The notes beneath the pieces are model-generated. The model had not been told where the DNA came from. It worked only from the letters and a program-made list of their open reading frames with translations, and did no database searches. From positions 960 to 64,959 of the forward strand of contig JBEGVJ010000018.1 of assembly GCA_041178465.1 (NCBI GenBank): 64,000 nucleotides of DNA. Direction: 5' to 3'. The translations under genes and the position numbers were made by a program. The DNA is from Nitrospirota bacterium (lineage in GTDB: Bacteria; Nitrospirota; Nitrospiria; Nitrospirales; Nitrospiraceae). Positions 1-9,263 of the stretch are shown one piece after another; the first letter of the stretch is position 1; every line of letters starts with the position of its first letter.

Positions 1-614
1 TCGATCACCGTGAGGTCTGCGGAGGAGGCCAGTTCAGCCAGCTCGGCGAGGCGCTCTTCCTGCTCGGCCTTGCTCTTGGGCGACGCGCTCACGAGGATGG
101 CGGTCTGACCCTGAGCCATCGTGTGCGATGCGCTGTGACGTTGGAGATCCGATTCCAGTTCGCGAATGAACGTTTCGAAACTCACAGGACATTGGTGCAC
201 CGGCGTGGGCTTTAGGAGCGTATACAAGGGGCCCTGCGGACGAGGTGGATTCAGATGGGCCAGGGAGAGCAACCCTGGTTCGCCCTTGGCTGTAACGGCC
301 AAGGTCCCAATCATGTCGAGCCGGAGCAGGCCCAGCATGGTGAGATCTTCTTGAGTAAGGGGTTCGTCCTTCAGGTGCGTGCGGATCAGCCTCAGGCCTC
401 TCAGAGATCGTGGACTTGCACGAAACGTGGCCAGCGTCGTGGGCGAGGGCTCGGTGCCGGCGCCGACCAGCACGTCTTGCACGGCTCCGCGCCTGGTGAT
501 AACCAGCCCGATGGGACGGCGAATCTCATGCGTGAACTGCGCGAGGGTTTTTGCCGCTTCAGAGGAGAGGACTTCATCCACGGGTATACGTCGGCGATAC
601 AGCCGCTCAAGCAT
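1..614 (-). CDS. HflX-like GTPase, N-terminal part (partial, continues past window start) with an N-terminal extension
   Basis: My own translation of the minus strand shows one open frame from about 700 down to position 1. It is not in the ORF track because no stop lies in the window. The segment MAQGQTAILVSAS...EERLAELAELASSADLTVI resembles the start of the HflX N-domain. The first in-frame ATG is at 614, so the start is uncertain. Confidence 0.4.
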   Translation of the reverse strand, partial: MLERLYRRRIPVDEVLSSEAAKTLAQFTHEIRRPIGLVITRRGAVQDVLVGAGTEPSPTTLATFRASPRSLRGLRLIRTHLKDEPLTQEDLTMLGLLRLDMIGTLAVTAKGEPGLLSLAHLNPPRPQGPLYTLLKPTPVHQCPVSFETFIRELESDLQRHSASHTMAQGQTAILVSASPKSKAEQEERLAELAELASSADLTVI

Positions 615-691
615 GGCGAGCTGGCCGGCGCGGAGACCGAGAGTTTGTCCGTGAATTTCAGGAATGGTCGTCGTGTCCTTTGTATGAGCGG

Positions 692-1771
692 TTAGATCGC
701 TTGTGCGAACGGTGAAGCCAGTGAGGCTTGGGCATCCAGGTTCAGAGGTGCACGGATCCCTGCGCGAAGGGCCTGCCCCCCCGCTGCTGCGATCATCGCA
801 GCATTGTCGGTACAGTAGGCCAACGAGGGAAGGCTCAGCTGCAGGTTTTCGGAGGCCGCTCGGTGCTGAAGCAGTGCGCGTAATCGAGAGTTGGCGGACA
901 CCCCTCCGACAACGGCTAAGGCCTGAGCGCCTGATGACCGGACTGCGGCAAAGGCTTTGTCGACCAGAACTGTGGCAATGGCCTCCTGATAGCCAGCCGC
1001 AAGATCAGCAGCGTTCGCCTTGCGAGATTGCTCAGGCATCGCTTGAAGTGTATAGAGCAAAGATGTCTTTAAACCGCTGAAACTAAAATCAAGACTCTCC
1101 TTCTTGAGATGGGACCGTGGGAAGGCGATAGCGTTCGGGTTTCCCTGTCGCGCCAAGCGATCGATGGCCGGTCCTCCGGGGTATTCCAGCCCCAGCATTT
1201 GAGCGCCTTTGTCAAAGGCCTCCCCTGCCGCATCGTCTCTGGTCGCGCCGAGGAGCCTGCCGTGACCACTCGGTTCTTTAAAATAAAGATGGGTATGTCC
1301 GCCCGATACAACCAGAATCACGCAGGGTAACGGAAATGCCGGATTCTGCAACCAGGCGGAGGCGATGTGGCCCTCAAGATGGCTCACGCCGACCACCGGG
1401 ATGCTCAAGGCATAGGCAAGGGACTTTGCATAGTTAACCCCGACGAGGAGAGCGCCGGCAAGGCCTGGCCCCTGGGTGACGGCGATGCCGGAGAGATCTG
1501 TCCAGCCGAGACCGGCCTGTTGTAATGCCTCAGCGGAGACAATTTCGATCGACTCAATGTGGGCCCGCGAGGCGAGTTCCGGAACGACGCCACCAAATCG
1601 CTGATGAACAGCGTGCTGTGACGTAATAATGTTCGAGAGAACAGAGCCGTCCGTAGCAAGCACCGATGCGGCAGTTTCATCGCACGACGTCTCAATGCCG
1701 AGGATGGGCCCAGGCGCCCAGGCTGAAGTGGGGCGTTGTACGATCGTAGTCATGAGGTTGTGGTTGCCCAT
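692..1771 (-). CDS. tsaD: tRNA N6-threonylcarbamoyladenosine synthase TsaD (Kae1/Gcp family)
   Basis: ORF track 359 aa. It has the LGIETSCDETA N-terminal motif, SHLEGH, and a typical length. An internal Met at 1753 could be the true start. Confidence 0.9.
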   Translation of the reverse strand: MGNHNLMTTIVQRPTSAWAPGPILGIETSCDETAASVLATDGSVLSNIITSQHAVHQRFGGVVPELASRAHIESIEIVSAEALQQAGLGWTDLSGIAVTQGPGLAGALLVGVNYAKSLAYALSIPVVGVSHLEGHIASAWLQNPAFPLPCVILVVSGGHTHLYFKEPSGHGRLLGATRDDAAGEAFDKGAQMLGLEYPGGPAIDRLARQGNPNAIAFPRSHLKKESLDFSFSGLKTSLLYTLQAMPEQSRKANAADLAAGYQEAIATVLVDKAFAAVRSSGAQALAVVGGVSANSRLRALLQHRAASENLQLSLPSLAYCTDNAAMIAAAGGQALRAGIRAPLNLDAQASLASPFAQAI

Positions 1772-1894
1772 TCGCCGACAGTGTCACGAAACCCGGTCAT
1801 TCTAAGAACAGTAAAATAGCACGACCCTTGTAGCCTACGCCACAAGGGTCGTGTCGTTCTCTCTGCGATGGTCTCGCGTGAGCACAGGGCTGCT

Positions 1895-4321
1895 TTAGAC
1901 GCCAGCCATGGCCTCCTGCTCGATGAATGCCGGCGCGCCGTCGCGCAACACCACGCGGATCTTTCGGCATTCCTTGAACCGTCCCTTAATCATTTCCTCG
2001 GAGAGTGGATCGCCGATCGCGCGCTGAATCGTCCGGCGCATCGGTCTGGCTCCGTAGAGCGGTTCGTAACCTTCTTTAATCAGCCACTGCTTGACGTCGT
2101 CCTCGACCTCAAGCTCCACACCCTTCTCAAGGAGACGAAGGTTGAGCTCGCTCAAGAGAATATCGAGAATATTATAGAGGTGCGTTTTGTCCAATTGATG
2201 GAAGACCACGATCTCGTCGATCCGGTTCAGGAACTCCGGGCTGAACGAGCGGCGCAATTCTCCCAACACCTCTTCCTTCTTGTGGCGTTCCTGATCGCCT
2301 TCCGTGCTCTGGAACCCGAGCGAGACGCCCTTCTGAATCATCTTGGTCCCGATATTAGAGGTCATGATGATGACGCAATTCTTGAAGTCGACCTTACGTC
2401 CGAGGCTATCGGTCAGCACCCCGTCGTCTAATACCTGTAGAAGTATATTGAATACGTCTGGATGCGCCTTTTCGATTTCATCAAACAGGACCACTGAGTA
2501 GGGCCGACGTCGGACCCGTTCAGTCAATTGGCCGCCTTCTTCATATCCCACATACCCAGGCGGAGCTCCGAAGAGTCGTGAGCTGGTGAATTTCTCCTGA
2601 TACTCGGACATATCGATCCGAATGAGAGAGTCTTCGCTATTGAAGAGGAACTCCGCTAGCGTTCGTGCCAGCTCGGTTTTCCCCACCCCGGTCGGTCCCA
2701 GGAAGATAAAGGACCCAATAGGCTTCCGCGCTTCCTTCAGGCCGGCACGTGATCGCCGAATAGCCCTGGCTACGGCTGAAATCGCTTCGTTTTGGCCGAC
2801 CACGCGTTTATGGAGGAATTCCTCCATGCGCAGTAGCTTGTTCGATTCTTCCTCTTCGAGCTTGAAGAGCGGAATGCCCGTCATTTTTGAAACGACATAG
2901 GCCACGTCTTCTTTCCCGATTGTTGGCTTGTTCTTTTCCTGGTTCTTCTTCCACTCCCGTTTGGACTCATCGAGGAGTTTGCGCAGCCGTTCTTCCTCCT
3001 CGCGATGACGAACTGCCTCTTCGAAGTTCTGCAGCGAGATGGCGAGTTCTTTTTCGCGAGAGACCTTCTTCAGTTCTTGCTCCATCGCCTTGAGCTCTGA
3101 GGGCAGCGCATAGGTCTGCAATTTTGCCCGTGATCCGGTCTCATCGATCAAATCGATGGCTTTGTCCGGGAGGAACCGGTCGCTGATATAGCGATCGGAC
3201 AGTTTAACGGCTTCAAGAATGGCCTCTTCGGAAATCTCGACACCATGATGCTCCTCGTACCGGTCACGAAGTCCTCTGATGATCTGGACCGTTTCGTCGA
3301 TGCTTGGTGGCTGGACGTGAATCGGCTGGAAGCGGCGCTTGAGGGCGCCGTCTTTTTCAATGTGTTTTCGGTATTCATCGAGCGTCGTGGCGCCGATGCA
3401 TTGAATTTCGCCGCGCGACAATGCGGGCTTGAGCATGTTGGAGGCATCGATCGATCCCTCCGCCGCCCCTGCTCCCACCAAAGTATGAAGTTCGTCGATG
3501 AAGATGATGATGTTCCCGGCCTGGACGATTTCCTTCATCACGACTTTCAGTCGCTCCTCAAATTGCCCGCGATATTTCGTCCCTGCAACCAGCGATCCGA
3601 GGTCGAGTGCAATGACGCGCCGCGAGAGGAGGTTGTCCGGCACTTCGGACTGGATGATCCGCTGGGCGAGGCCTTCGACAATGGCGGTCTTGCCGACGCC
3701 GGCTTCCCCGATGAGCACGGGATTATTTTTTGAGCGCCGACTCAAAATCTGAAGTACCCGTTCGATTTCATCGGCTCGGCCGATGACGGGGTCCAGATGC
3801 CCTTCTTGGGCAAGTTGGGTCAGATCTCGACCGAACTCGTCGAGTGCCGGGGTATTGCTCTTCCGGTCACGCTCGCGTGGGGCTGATTTCCGTAAAAATG
3901 TGACGGTCAATTGTCGGGCGGTCAGGAGGTTGGCGCCTAAACTGCGAAGGATCTTTCCGCCGATTCCTTCTTCTTCCCGAAGAAGCCCCAATAAGAGGTG
4001 TTCACTGCCGATATGATTGTGTCCAAGGAGACGGGCTTCTTCGACCCCGTACTCGATGACCTTCTTGACCCTGGGGCTAAAGGGGATCTCCCCAAAGGTC
4101 ATGGTGGTCCCCCCGCCTGGCAAATTCCGTTCAATTTCCAAGCGGATTTGTTCGGTCGAGAGTCCCATCTTTTTTAAGATCATCAAGGCAATCCCGTCTG
4201 ATTCACGGAGGATTGCCAAGACGAGATGCTCGGTTCCGAGGTAGTCGTTCTGATGACGCTCAGCCTCTTCCCGCGCGAGGATGATGATCTTCCGACCCTT
4301 GTCCGTGAATCGTTCGAACAT
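1895..4321 (-). CDS. clpC: Clp/Hsp100 AAA+ chaperone, ClpC type (two Clp_N repeats, two AAA modules, UVR-like linker)
   Basis: ORF track 1895..4420. I place the start at [13 protein letters not shown] (ATG 4321), preceded by AAAGGAGG. Walker A motifs GEAGVGKT and GPTGVGKT are present. Confidence 0.9.
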   Translation of the reverse strand: MFERFTDKGRKIIILAREEAERHQNDYLGTEHLVLAILRESDGIALMILKKMGLSTEQIRLEIERNLPGGGTTMTFGEIPFSPRVKKVIEYGVEEARLLGHNHIGSEHLLLGLLREEEGIGGKILRSLGANLLTARQLTVTFLRKSAPRERDRKSNTPALDEFGRDLTQLAQEGHLDPVIGRADEIERVLQILSRRSKNNPVLIGEAGVGKTAIVEGLAQRIIQSEVPDNLLSRRVIALDLGSLVAGTKYRGQFEERLKVVMKEIVQAGNIIIFIDELHTLVGAGAAEGSIDASNMLKPALSRGEIQCIGATTLDEYRKHIEKDGALKRRFQPIHVQPPSIDETVQIIRGLRDRYEEHHGVEISEEAILEAVKLSDRYISDRFLPDKAIDLIDETGSRAKLQTYALPSELKAMEQELKKVSREKELAISLQNFEEAVRHREEEERLRKLLDESKREWKKNQEKNKPTIGKEDVAYVVSKMTGIPLFKLEEEESNKLLRMEEFLHKRVVGQNEAISAVARAIRRSRAGLKEARKPIGSFIFLGPTGVGKTELARTLAEFLFNSEDSLIRIDMSEYQEKFTSSRLFGAPPGYVGYEEGGQLTERVRRRPYSVVLFDEIEKAHPDVFNILLQVLDDGVLTDSLGRKVDFKNCVIIMTSNIGTKMIQKGVSLGFQSTEGDQERHKKEEVLGELRRSFSPEFLNRIDEIVVFHQLDKTHLYNILDILLSELNLRLLEKGVELEVEDDVKQWLIKEGYEPLYGARPMRRTIQRAIGDPLSEEMIKGRFKECRKIRVVLRDGAPAFIEQEAMAGV

Positions 4322-4391
4322 CCTGCCTCCTTTTAGGTGGAGCCTAAATAACCAGGTTCGTGTGCGCAAACCCATCGAAAAATCTGGCCTA

Positions 4392-4420
4392 ATTCTAACT
4401 AGAAGGATTTTAGGTGTCAA
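4392..4420 (-). promoter_or_regulatory. Candidate sigma70-type promoter for clpC (TTGACA-N17-TAGAAT)
   Basis: The minus strand reads cTTGACAcctaaaatccttctagtTAGAATtagg, about 65 nt upstream of the clpC ATG. Confidence 0.5.
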
Positions 4421-4500
4421 GGCTGCGAGCGAATCACAAACCTCAACAGAAGAAGCCGAAACATCGCCATTGATGAGGAGGCGGGCTCATTTCTCATTCA

Positions 4501-4530
4501 TTGACTTCAAAAGAATGCTCCCGATAGAAT
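4501..4530 (+). promoter_or_regulatory. Candidate sigma70-type promoter for nadK (TTGACT-N18-TAGAAT)
   Basis: The plus strand reads TTGACTtcaaaagaatgctcccgaTAGAAT, about 55 nt upstream of the nadK ATG and back-to-back with the clpC promoter. Confidence 0.45.
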
Positions 4531-4587
4531 CTCGAAATTTTTCACCAGGGTCTTAACAGCCTCACGGCAGGGTTTGCGTCGTATTCA

Positions 4588-5448
4588 ATGAAGAACAAAA
4601 ACATCGGGATTCTCACAAAGCCTAAGTTTCCTGAGATCAAGGCCACATTGTTAGATGTGGTCACCTGGCTTCGGGCTCGAAGTATTAATGTCATCTTGGA
4701 CACGACGTCGGCGGCCTTGCTGGGTGAGCCGGGGGGCTTGCAGAAAACTCAGTTGGCAAGCAAAGCGGATGTGCTGCTTGTTCTGGGCGGTGACGGGACG
4801 ATGCTCAATGCAGCCAGACTTGCGGGGGAGCGAAGCATTCCCATCCTGGGTGTCAACCTGGGTGGACTGGGATTTTTAACCGAGGTCCGGTTAGAGAATC
4901 TGTATCCCTCTCTCGATCGAGTGTTTGCTAATGACTTCGTGCTCGATGAGCGACTCATGCTTCAGACGCATGTCCATCGGCATGGGGAAACTGTGGCGCG
5001 AGGGGTAGTGCTGAACGATGTCGTCATCAGCAAGGGAACGTTGGCCAGGATGATTGAGTTGAAGATTTCCATTCAAGGACAGTTCGTGACCAATTTGCGT
5101 GGCGATGGAGTGATCGTGACGACACCTACGGGCTCGACGGCCTACTCCTTGTCGGCCGGCGGACCCATCATCAATCCGGCGGTCCAATCGCTGATGGTGA
5201 CACCCATCTGTCCCCATACGTTGACGCACCGTCCTCTGATTGTTCCTGGAACAGCCGAAATCGAGGTGACTCTCACCAGTAAAGATGATGGCGCGATGGC
5301 GACGTTGGATGGTCAGGTCGGCGTGGCAATGACCCAGGGCGATACCGTTGAAATCAAGATGTCCGAGCACCGGACGAGACTGATCCGCTTCCCGGAAAGC
5401 GGATATTATGAAGTCCTGCGAGAGAAGCTGAAATGGGGGGACGGATAG
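4588..5448 (+). CDS. nadK: NAD(+) kinase
   Basis: ORF track 286 aa. GGDGT motif (VLGGDGTMLNAARL) and a typical NadK length. Confidence 0.9.
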   Translation: MKNKNIGILTKPKFPEIKATLLDVVTWLRARSINVILDTTSAALLGEPGGLQKTQLASKADVLLVLGGDGTMLNAARLAGERSIPILGVNLGGLGFLTEVRLENLYPSLDRVFANDFVLDERLMLQTHVHRHGETVARGVVLNDVVISKGTLARMIELKISIQGQFVTNLRGDGVIVTTPTGSTAYSLSAGGPIINPAVQSLMVTPICPHTLTHRPLIVPGTAEIEVTLTSKDDGAMATLDGQVGVAMTQGDTVEIKMSEHRTRLIRFPESGYYEVLREKLKWGDG

Positions 5449-5471
5449 CAGTTCGACCAACTGCTCTATTT

Positions 5472-6098
5472 TTAGGCCTTCCCCTTCTCGATCAGCTCGA
5501 TCATTTCCTGGTTGCTCGCGTATTTAAACTCCCCGATACAATCTGTCGCACCCTGGTGCTTCTTCTCGATCGACTCAAGGACATGGAGCCCCTTCACATC
5601 GACCGGGTGGCTGTTGTGCGCTTTGAGGATCGTGACGAGCTTGTCGAGGACGACTTTTACATCCGCCTGGCTAGCCGATGTTTTGGTCGCGAGGTATCGG
5701 CTCACGACTTCTGCGCACCAATCCCCGTCCCGCTTGGCAATGCCGACTAATCCGTCGCTTGCCTTGCGAGCCCATCCGGTGAGAAAGACGCCATCAACAA
5801 CCGTACCGGTCGCTTCGTCATAGGCCTGGAAGAGCGCATCGTCAGGATCGTTGTTCGTCTTATTGGGGTTGGTCACGAAGAGACCGCTCTTATATGGCAG
5901 TCCGACAGTCTCATCGACTTTGTCTCCGACAGCAAAAACCACGGCGTCGCAGGGGAACTCGTAATACTGTTTCAGGCCAACGGCTGCGGTATCGTTGCCT
6001 TTTGGCTCCAGCTTGTTGTCTTCCATCTCCAGCCCACGCACGCGATTGTTGGCATCCACCAGGATGCGCCTCGGAGAGGCGAGAAACTTAAAGCCCAT
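5472..6098 (-). CDS. C-terminal half of an FprA/adrenodoxin-reductase-type NADPH:ferredoxin oxidoreductase
   Basis: ORF track 208 aa. It starts with the ATG immediately 3' of the TAG that ends the upstream ORF, in the same frame. MGFKFLASP aligns by memory with RRMVFRFLTSP of mycobacterial FprA. Confidence 0.7.
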   Translation of the reverse strand: MGFKFLASPRRILVDANNRVRGLEMEDNKLEPKGNDTAAVGLKQYYEFPCDAVVFAVGDKVDETVGLPYKSGLFVTNPNKTNNDPDDALFQAYDEATGTVVDGVFLTGWARKASDGLVGIAKRDGDWCAEVVSRYLATKTSASQADVKVVLDKLVTILKAHNSHPVDVKGLHVLESIEKKHQGATDCIGEFKYASNQEMIELIEKGKA

Positions 6099-6830
6099 CT
6101 ACGTGTCGCTGACCTTCGGTTCGCATTTTGTAAACTCGTCCGTCAGGCCCTTGAGGATCTCGTCTGCATTCTGACCGACTGCGGCCAGGCGTTCCTGAAT
6201 CCGAGCCACCTCTTCGGTAATGCCGTCCACATCCATGTTGGCGCAGACCGCGCGAATTTCTTTTGGATTGTACTTTCGCTCGGCAGGACCACGCCGCACG
6301 ATCGCGGTGACCCGTTCGACCTTTTTATAGCGAACCAGCCAGTGGGCGATATCGACCATTACGTCGCCGGCTCCGATCACCGCCACATGCTTGCCAACCT
6401 CAAACGGGCGATCACCGTAGCCAGGCAGCCTGTTGAAATGGAAGACCACATCCTTTGCGTGGAACACGCCCTTGGCCGAATCCCCTTCCACGCCGATGGC
6501 TTTGGTGCCTTGCGCTCCGATGGCAAAGACCACCGCGCTTGCGCCGAGGGCACGAACATCCTCTACCGTAAGGTCTTTTTCTTTGCCGACCGAGACATTA
6601 CCAAAGTAATGAACATTGGGCTGCTGGAGCAGCTCCCAGTATTGCTTCTTGAGTCCGCCGCGCAGTTTGAGCTTGGCCGGGAAGATGCCGTATTCAGCCA
6701 GTCCACCGAATTTGATGTCCCGATTCAAGATAATGACTTGATGGCCGTCTTTTGCCAAAGAGCTGGCAGCCGCTAAACCGGCTGGCCCGGCGCCGACCAC
6801 AATAATCACACGCGAATTCGTTGCACTCAT
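6099..6830 (-). CDS. N-terminal half of the same FprA-type oxidoreductase (FAD and NADP Rossmann motifs), ending at an in-frame TAG
   Basis: ORF track 243 aa. Dinucleotide-binding motifs VVGAGPAG and VIGAGDVMVD are present. The stop TAG at 6099..6101 is directly followed by ATG. Confidence 0.7.
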   Translation of the reverse strand: MSATNSRVIIVVGAGPAGLAAASSLAKDGHQVIILNRDIKFGGLAEYGIFPAKLKLRGGLKKQYWELLQQPNVHYFGNVSVGKEKDLTVEDVRALGASAVVFAIGAQGTKAIGVEGDSAKGVFHAKDVVFHFNRLPGYGDRPFEVGKHVAVIGAGDVMVDIAHWLVRYKKVERVTAIVRRGPAERKYNPKEIRAVCANMDVDGITEEVARIQERLAAVGQNADEILKGLTDEFTKCEPKVSDT

Positions 6831-6927
6831 GCGTTGTTACCCTAGATAGAATGGATAGAAAAGTGAAGAGAACCTCAACAGTTCCGCGGACTTTAGCATA
6901 GGGTCTTTTGAGCTGTCAAAGCTCGAT

Positions 6928-8364
6928 TTATCCCCCGGCACTTCCTACCGGTCCGCCTGGCATTGTCATGCGCCAGGGATCGAGCAATTCGGTGAGGCGT
7001 TTATCTGACAGAACTTTTTGTTCTTTTGCCACTTCCCGGACAGTCTTCCCTGACTTATATGCATCCTTCGCCAGCTTGGCTGCCGCTTCGTAACCGATCT
7101 CAGGAGCCAGAGCTGTGCACATGGCCAGACTTTCTTCGATCAAGCTCTTGCAGCGTTCTTCGTTGGCGTTGATGCCGTCGATACACTTGACTGCGAAATT
7201 GGTTGAAGCGGTCGAGAGGAGTTCGATGGACTGCAAGAGGTTATAGGCCATGACCGGGAGCATGACGATCAGTTCGAAGTTGGCCGCCTGCCCTCCCACT
7301 GTGACCGTCACATCGTTTCCGATCACCTGGGCGCAGACCATCGTGACGGATTCGGCAATCACCGGGTTTACCTTGCCTGGCATGATGGACGAGCCTGGCT
7401 GTGTTTCCGGCAGATTGATCTCCCCAAGCCCGCAGCGCGGACCGGAGCCGAGCCAGCGAATGTCGTTGGCGATCTTCATAAGGCTGACGGCGATGGTCTT
7501 TAACTGTCCGCTTGCTTCGACCAACGAATCCTGAGCGGACTGCGCCTCGAAGTGGTTCTTTGCTTCCTTAAAGGTACAGCCGGTCTCTTTGGAAATGATG
7601 GCCATGACCTTGGCAGGGAATTTCGGATGGCAATTGAGCCCTGTGCCGACTGCCGTGCCGCCAAGCGCAACTTCGCTGAGCGCTTCTTGCGCGCGCTTGA
7701 CCCGTTGAATGCCTAATTCGATCTGCCTCGCATAGCCGCCGAATTCCTGTCCCAACCGCACCGGTGTCGCATCCTGCAAATGGGTGCGGCCGATTTTGAC
7801 GATCTTGTCGAACTCCTTGGCCTTGCGAGCGAGTGATTTGTGCAAACGCGTGAGCGCAGGAATGAGCTGCTGTTCCATCATTTCCCCGGCGGCGATGTGA
7901 ATGGCCGTGGGAATCACATCGTTGCTGGATTGGCCCAGATTGACGTGATCGTTGGGATGCACCAGCTTGCTGCCTCGTACGCCGCCCACCAGTTCGGTGG
8001 CGCGGTTGGAGATCACCTCGTTGGTGTTCATGTTGGTCGAGGTGCCGGAGCCTGTTTGGAAAATGTCTACGGGGAACTCGGCGTCGAGCTTGCCCTCGAC
8101 GACTTCGGTCGCGGCCAGTTTGATCGCATCCGCCGGCTTCTTATCGAGAAGGCCCAGCGATTGGTTGACCGTCGCGGCAGCACGTTTGATCATCCCCATT
8201 GCCCGGATCATGGCACGGGGGAACCGCAAGGAGCTGATCGGGAAGTTTTCGATGGCGCGGGCAGTCTGCACACCGTAATAGGCTGCGGTTGGTACGGCCA
8301 GCTCGCCCATCGTATCGCGTTCAATTCTGGTCTCAGGGGATGACTGAGTCGCTATCTTCTTCAT
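6928..8364 (-). CDS. fumC: Class II fumarate hydratase (aspartase/fumarase superfamily)
   Basis: ORF track 6928..8436. I place the start at MKKIATQ (ATG 8364, GGAG upstream). Motifs QTGSGTSTNMN, KIGRTHLQDATP and GSSIMPGKVNP fit FumC better than AspA. Confidence 0.8.
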   Translation of the reverse strand: MKKIATQSSPETRIERDTMGELAVPTAAYYGVQTARAIENFPISSLRFPRAMIRAMGMIKRAAATVNQSLGLLDKKPADAIKLAATEVVEGKLDAEFPVDIFQTGSGTSTNMNTNEVISNRATELVGGVRGSKLVHPNDHVNLGQSSNDVIPTAIHIAAGEMMEQQLIPALTRLHKSLARKAKEFDKIVKIGRTHLQDATPVRLGQEFGGYARQIELGIQRVKRAQEALSEVALGGTAVGTGLNCHPKFPAKVMAIISKETGCTFKEAKNHFEAQSAQDSLVEASGQLKTIAVSLMKIANDIRWLGSGPRCGLGEINLPETQPGSSIMPGKVNPVIAESVTMVCAQVIGNDVTVTVGGQAANFELIVMLPVMAYNLLQSIELLSTASTNFAVKCIDGINANEERCKSLIEESLAMCTALAPEIGYEAAAKLAKDAYKSGKTVREVAKEQKVLSDKRLTELLDPWRMTMPGGPVGSAGG

Positions 8365-8453
8365 GGATGCTACTCCGGTGTAAGGGTGCTGGCTGTTGCG
8401 GGCGCCATAATAAACGTTGGCAACCTGCTTACACAAGAGTGTCGGCTGATCTG

Positions 8454-8578
8454 GCGGATGCTGAAAAAGTCCGTCAGCTGCGTTCTCGCCTCAAACGCAT
8501 CCTCAACGTAGCCAGTGGCTACGCCTCCGGTGCATTCATCGGCTGCGGCCTTGCTGAACGGCCCTTTTGAGCATCCTG
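8454..8578. repeat. 125-nt palindromic intergenic repeat, copy A (decayed terminal inverted repeats)
   Basis: By hand alignment it matches the reverse complement of 55121..55244 at 114 of 124 positions plus one indel. It lies between hsp20 and fumC. Confidence 0.85.
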
Positions 8579-8633
8579 AAGGTGTTCTGTGTGCACCGAT
8601 TTTTTTCAGCCGTCTGTGGGAATGGCGGGAGTA

Positions 8634-8667
8634 GCGGAAAAAGACGAGGCCCGCCGGAGCGGGCCTC
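8634..8667 (-). terminator. Rho-independent terminator downstream of hsp20
   Basis: Stem GAGGCCCGC/GCGGGCCTC with a 4-nt loop. On the minus strand it is followed by a tcTTTTTcc tract. Confidence 0.6.
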
Positions 8668-8694
8668 TGTTCTCACCGGATGGAGAGCTTGCGA

Positions 8695-9150
8695 TCAACC
8701 AACCGTCACTTCGATCGCTTTGGGTTTCGCCTTCTCGGGCTTGGGCAGCTGGAGATTCAGGACTCCATCCTTGAACTCTGCCTTCACCTTTTCCTCATCC
8801 ACGAGATCTGGCAAGGTAAAACTTCTGATGAAGCTGCCATAAGAGCGCTCCACCCGATGGTACTTCTTGCCTTTTTCCTCCTTCTCATGCTTGCGCTCGC
8901 CCTGGATCGTGAGGACTCCATCTTCCACGGTCACCTTCACATCCTCTTTCTTCACGTCAGGGATCTCCGCTTTGATCTGGTACTCCCCGTCCGTTTCGCT
9001 GACGTCTACGGATGGCACCCAGTCGGCCACGATCATGGTCTCCTTATTGGCGCCGTTTGTCCGAGGCAGAGCCGGACGCCGAAACATCCAATTCAACCGA
9101 TCCGATACATCCTCAAGGTCACGGAACGGACCCCACCCTACGAGTGTCAT
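8695..9150 (-). CDS. Hsp20/alpha-crystallin family small heat-shock protein
   Basis: ORF track 8695..9195. I place the start at MTLVGWGPFRDL (ATG 9150), preceded by AAGGAGG. The alpha-crystallin-type core reads AEIPDVKKEDVKVTVEDGVLTIQGER...FKDGVLNLQLPK. Confidence 0.85.
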   Translation of the reverse strand: MTLVGWGPFRDLEDVSDRLNWMFRRPALPRTNGANKETMIVADWVPSVDVSETDGEYQIKAEIPDVKKEDVKVTVEDGVLTIQGERKHEKEEKGKKYHRVERSYGSFIRSFTLPDLVDEEKVKAEFKDGVLNLQLPKPEKAKPKAIEVTVG

Positions 9151-9263
9151 CGGAGACCTCCTTCTCATTCTTGCGCACTGTTTGAAACTGTTCATTTGCG
9201 GCGCGCGCCGGTTCGCCTGTCTAAGGCGACAGATAATTCTGGCTGCCGCAGAGTCAAGGGGAA

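Noticed and set aside
255-695. Plus-strand ORFs 255..695 (146 aa) and 379..654 (91 aa) as genes downstream of tsaD
   Set aside because: They are antisense to a longer uninterrupted minus-strand frame with protein-like composition that merges into an HflX-like N-terminus. Their own sequences are Arg/Gly/Ser-rich and typical of antisense frames in GC-rich DNA.
6096-6101. TAG in the FprA-like gene decoded as pyrrolysine, or otherwise recoded
   Set aside because: There are no pyl genes or PYLIS-like context in the window. The TAG aligns with an ordinary basic residue in homologues. A nonsense mutation, a sequencing error or a split gene are simpler explanations.
8289-8570. ORFs 8289..8570 and 54890..55162 reading through the palindromic repeat copies as protein-coding
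   Set aside because: Both run into the 125-nt palindromic element from unrelated flanks. The open frames are a by-product of the repeat, and the two copies are read in different frames and orientations.
9151-9263. Heat-shock control elements (CIRCE, sigma32-type promoter) upstream of hsp20, and likewise upstream of clpB at 44034..44165
   Set aside because: I looked for TTAGCACTC-N9-GAGTGCTAA and for CTTGAAA-N13-15-CCCCAT patterns. I found only weak partial matches (TTGACT near both genes), not enough to call.
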